Part shown: one piece after another, positions 33,714-36,454 of the stretch
Layout of the letters: each line of letters begins with the position of its first letter
Position numbering within the stretch: position 1 is the first letter of the stretch
Origin: a virus
Taxonomy: Duplodnaviria; Caudoviricetes
Length of the DNA: 36,454 nt
Strand: one strand, 5' to 3'
IMG/VR virus record: IMGVR_UViG_3300030372_005063
Coordinates: 1 to 36,454 of that record
Notes under the pieces: model-generated
What the model was told of the DNA's origin: nothing
The model's input: only the letters and a program-made list of their open reading frames with translations
The model's database searches: none
Translations under genes and position numbers: made by a program

Positions 33714-34083
33714 TTCTTTCCCCCCTTTCAGCTAAAGCTCTGGCCATGCCGCGCTCTTCAGCTTCTTTGATTCGAGACTCTTCAATAATCTTAAACACGT
33801 TAGCACCCGTCTCAGTGCTTACTCTGTTGATGTTGTCCGTCAGAGTTTCAATGCGAGTGGACTTCTCATGCACGCCATCAATCTTGTCGTTGATTCGCTC
33901 AAGCGTCTGAGTTGTGCTCGCCATACACTCAACCATCTGCCCCATATTGCTATTCAGCTCACCCTGGTTAAGGTCAATCTGCACAGGCTTAGGACCACCG
34001 TTATTGAGCTTCTTATCGACAAGCTTTTCAATGACTTTGATTAAAGCCATCATTGTGCCGAAGAGCGCACCGGCTTCAATCAT
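33706..34083 (-). CDS. Membrane-anchored coiled-coil protein, possible lysis accessory, ~125 aa
   Basis: Start probably ATG 34083; hydrophobic N-terminus then heptad-like region. Confidence 0.55.
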   Translation of the reverse strand: MIEAGALFGTMMALIKVIEKLVDKKLNNGGPKPVQIDLNQGELNSNMGQMVECMASTTQTLERINDKIDGVHEKSTRIETLTDNINRVSTETGANVFKIIEESRIKEAEERGMARALAERGERND

Positions 34084-34096
34084 GCCGCTTTCCACG

Positions 34097-36454
34097 TCAA
34101 TCACCACCCTCAAGTTGCTCGATGCGGGCGGTAAGCTCCTGGACGGCTTTGATCAAAGGCACTACAAGCGTTGCATACTGGATGCCCATCTTGCCACTTG
34201 CTGCCTCATCGATGCCGTTAAAAGCTACGCCCAAAGATTCGACAGCAGCTTTGACCTCTTGAGCAATCAACCCATCGACACGGCTGGTGCTATCAAACTC
34301 ATCCTTAATAGCCTGCTGGGTATCAACATCAAAAGTTGCAGTCGAAACGGTCAACTCTTCTGTCCTTGTAAGATTACCCTCTTCGTCAAAAATATCTTGA
34401 GTTGTATTTCGTCCTACCTTGTACCGCTTTTCCCGAATCTCTTCAGGCCACTCAGCCGGGTGCTTTCTTGTAAAGCTGACAGGACGAAGAGCGTTGATAA
34501 ATTCTAAGCCTGCGTCGGCATCTTGAATGTTTTCCTTAATGCGTTCATCAGAATCTACGGTCCAGTCAACCTGAATATTGCAGGTTGCAATTGATGAGTT
34601 GCCAAGACGGATTTTATTGGGTCCATCAGTTACAGAACCATGACCAATTGCAATTTGGTTGTTGCCGTCAGTGTCAGTGGTGTCAGCTTCAGATCCTAAG
34701 AACAAGTTTTGCTGCCCAGTATCAAGGCCCAATCCTGCCCGATATCCGAAAGCTGAGTTTGACTCTAAAGCGCCGCCAGTCAATCCGGTTAAGCACTGGT
34801 AACCGACAGCGGTTGAATAAATTGAACTTGAAGCGTCAAGCGCTTCTTTTCCGATTGCAATCGAATCAGAACCAGTAAACGCAGACATAGCTGAGTGACC
34901 AATAGCTACATTGTTGGTTCCTGAGCAGGTCGCAGAAAATGAGCCTTTTCCGATAACGGTATTGGATGCACCTGTAGCGGCAGTTCCGGTACTGTGGCCG
35001 ATGTAAACACAATCGTCGCCCGATTTTCTTCCGCAGTTTGTTCCGATTGCGACTGAGTTTTGCGTAGAAGTGGCGTCATCAAGTGCGTAGGTGCCAATAG
35101 CAACATTGCGCTGCGCGTTTGTTATATCAAAACCAGAACCAAAGCCAATGATTACATTGTTTGCCGCGCTTGAAAGTGCCCAGTTGCCGGAGCCTCTTTG
35201 CGCAATAATGGTGTTTAAAACACCGTCTTCTTCAATTGCATCAAGAATACCCGCGTCCCCAATGGCGATGTTTCCTGCTGAGCCTTGAACGCCAGACGAT
35301 GAGCTTAGAGTTAAAACCCCGGTAGAGTTTACAGCCATGACCGATTTGCTATCCCCAGTCTTAACCGCAAAAAGTTCGCCGCCATCTGTTGTGCCACTTT
35401 TGCCGCTTCCAGTTGAGCCGGTAAAGTTTGAATCTAAGGTTAATGCTGTATCGCTTGCAATTGCAGCAACGGTATAGGTTCCCTCGCTGCCAATTTTAAT
35501 GGCCGAACCCACGTGCAACTGGGTTGTAAATACTGTGGAGCTACCGCTAGAGATTGCCGTGTCTCCGTTCGTTGCCGTAAATGTGCCGGTTAGTGCTGTA
35601 TCAATGTGGCCAACTGTTTCGACTTCAGCTGTTGCAGAGCAAGTGCCGAAACCGACGTTGCCCGTTGAACTGTCGATGCACTGTCTAACGGCGCTACCTG
35701 CTTGAACCCTGAAGTCTACGTTGCTGTTTAAAGTTGTGTTTGCGCCGGATGCCTCAACGGTAAGCACGCCCGAATCACGCTGGAAAGATGCTTGGGCAGC
35801 TACGCTGTCATTCCTTACATGCAGCGAGTTTGGACTCGTAATGTCGGCCAGATCTGTTCCAATTTTTAGGCAACCGGTATCCGTCAAAGTCATTGCTTTG
35901 ACCGGGGGTTCTGCCGCTGTGCTTTGTTTTGTATAGAAGCTTAGTTCACCCTTACCGCCTCCGCCCGTGTCTTTGTGAACAAGCGCAGAACCGCCGTAAG
36001 TATCGCTTGAGCTTGAAAGCAAAAACGCGGTTTCGTCATTGTCGTTAGATGAGCCTTGGAGAACTAAAGCATAGTTGTCAAAATCACCAAGGTCATCAGG
36101 TGTGCCTGATGTGTCGGCGGTGATAACGGTGCGGCCCTTAGCTTCAATATCTGTAGGCCCAATTACTAACATATCACTGCCAGCAGTTTTAAAAGCGATA
36201 GTGTTAGCCGTTTTAAGGCGCATCATTGTGTCAGTATCGTCAATGAAGCCCATCTCGCTACAAATTTGAAGCTCTGGCAGAGAGCCATCAACTTCACGAA
36301 TGATTAGCCCCGCGTTTTCAATTGCGCCGCCATCGCCCGCACCTACACCCAGCTCTAGCTGCTCGGCGTTGTCGGTGGTCGTTATTTTCATAAACTGCTC
36401 ACCCGCAGTGTCCTGAATTACGAGAGCCGTAGCGTTGTTGTCTGGAATTACATT
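34097..36454 (-). CDS. Tail fibre/spike with C-terminal intramolecular chaperone (peptidase S74), 5' truncated
   Basis: SDERIKENI...LRPVSF...GLIAQEV...YATLVVPLIKAVQEL; NxAIG repeats; frame open to window end. Confidence 0.9.
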   Translation of the reverse strand, partial: NVIPDNNATALVIQDTAGEQFMKITTTDNAEQLELGVGAGDGGAIENAGLIIREVDGSLPELQICSEMGFIDDTDTMMRLKTANTIAFKTAGSDMLVIGPTDIEAKGRTVITADTSGTPDDLGDFDNYALVLQGSSNDNDETAFLLSSSSDTYGGSALVHKDTGGGGKGELSFYTKQSTAAEPPVKAMTLTDTGCLKIGTDLADITSPNSLHVRNDSVAAQASFQRDSGVLTVEASGANTTLNSNVDFRVQAGSAVRQCIDSSTGNVGFGTCSATAEVETVGHIDTALTGTFTATNGDTAISSGSSTVFTTQLHVGSAIKIGSEGTYTVAAIASDTALTLDSNFTGSTGSGKSGTTDGGELFAVKTGDSKSVMAVNSTGVLTLSSSSGVQGSAGNIAIGDAGILDAIEEDGVLNTIIAQRGSGNWALSSAANNVIIGFGSGFDITNAQRNVAIGTYALDDATSTQNSVAIGTNCGRKSGDDCVYIGHSTGTAATGASNTVIGKGSFSATCSGTNNVAIGHSAMSAFTGSDSIAIGKEALDASSSIYSTAVGYQCLTGLTGGALESNSAFGYRAGLGLDTGQQNLFLGSEADTTDTDGNNQIAIGHGSVTDGPNKIRLGNSSIATCNIQVDWTVDSDERIKENIQDADAGLEFINALRPVSFTRKHPAEWPEEIREKRYKVGRNTTQDIFDEEGNLTRTEELTVSTATFDVDTQQAIKDEFDSTSRVDGLIAQEVKAAVESLGVAFNGIDEAASGKMGIQYATLVVPLIKAVQELTARIEQLEGGD

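Noticed and set aside
1-36454. Prophage/lysogeny module, tRNAs, reverse transcriptase or DGR
   Set aside because: No integrase, att-like host junction, cloverleaf or RT motif recognised; the part of the genome outside the window cannot be assessed

Overview
Most of a tailed dsDNA bacteriophage genome with podovirus-like (P22/T7-style) gene order; both window ends cut through genes. Minus strand 1-19297: late/virion arm (candidate TerS, GNAT acetyltransferase, TerL, portal, scaffold, major capsid, adaptor, 1265-aa tail protein, three or four ejection-type proteins). 19300-20600: control region (4x palindromic repeat, terminator, divergent promoters, AT-rich candidate origin). 20638-31395, mostly plus strand: many small early genes, SF3/D5 helicase, XRE HTH, VRR-NUC, YqaJ exonuclease plus annealing protein, Prim-Pol, SSB. 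Minus strand 31442-36454: tail fibre with S74 chaperone, membrane/lysis genes, very basic microproteins, M15 endolysin. No integrase, tRNA or CRISPR seen. Main discoveries: two apparent -1 frameshifts that add cell-envelope domains. One (A9 run) appends a complete M23 peptidase to an ejection protein. The other (lambda-type G GGA AAG) appends a YadA-anchor-like outer-membrane beta domain to a small holin-like protein. Also a layered early regulatory grammar: palindromic operators on six -35 boxes, an AGCTAACC start-associated motif, an ATTCAGG cluster and two ECF-type promoters. Family calls come from motif recognition by eye, not database searches.
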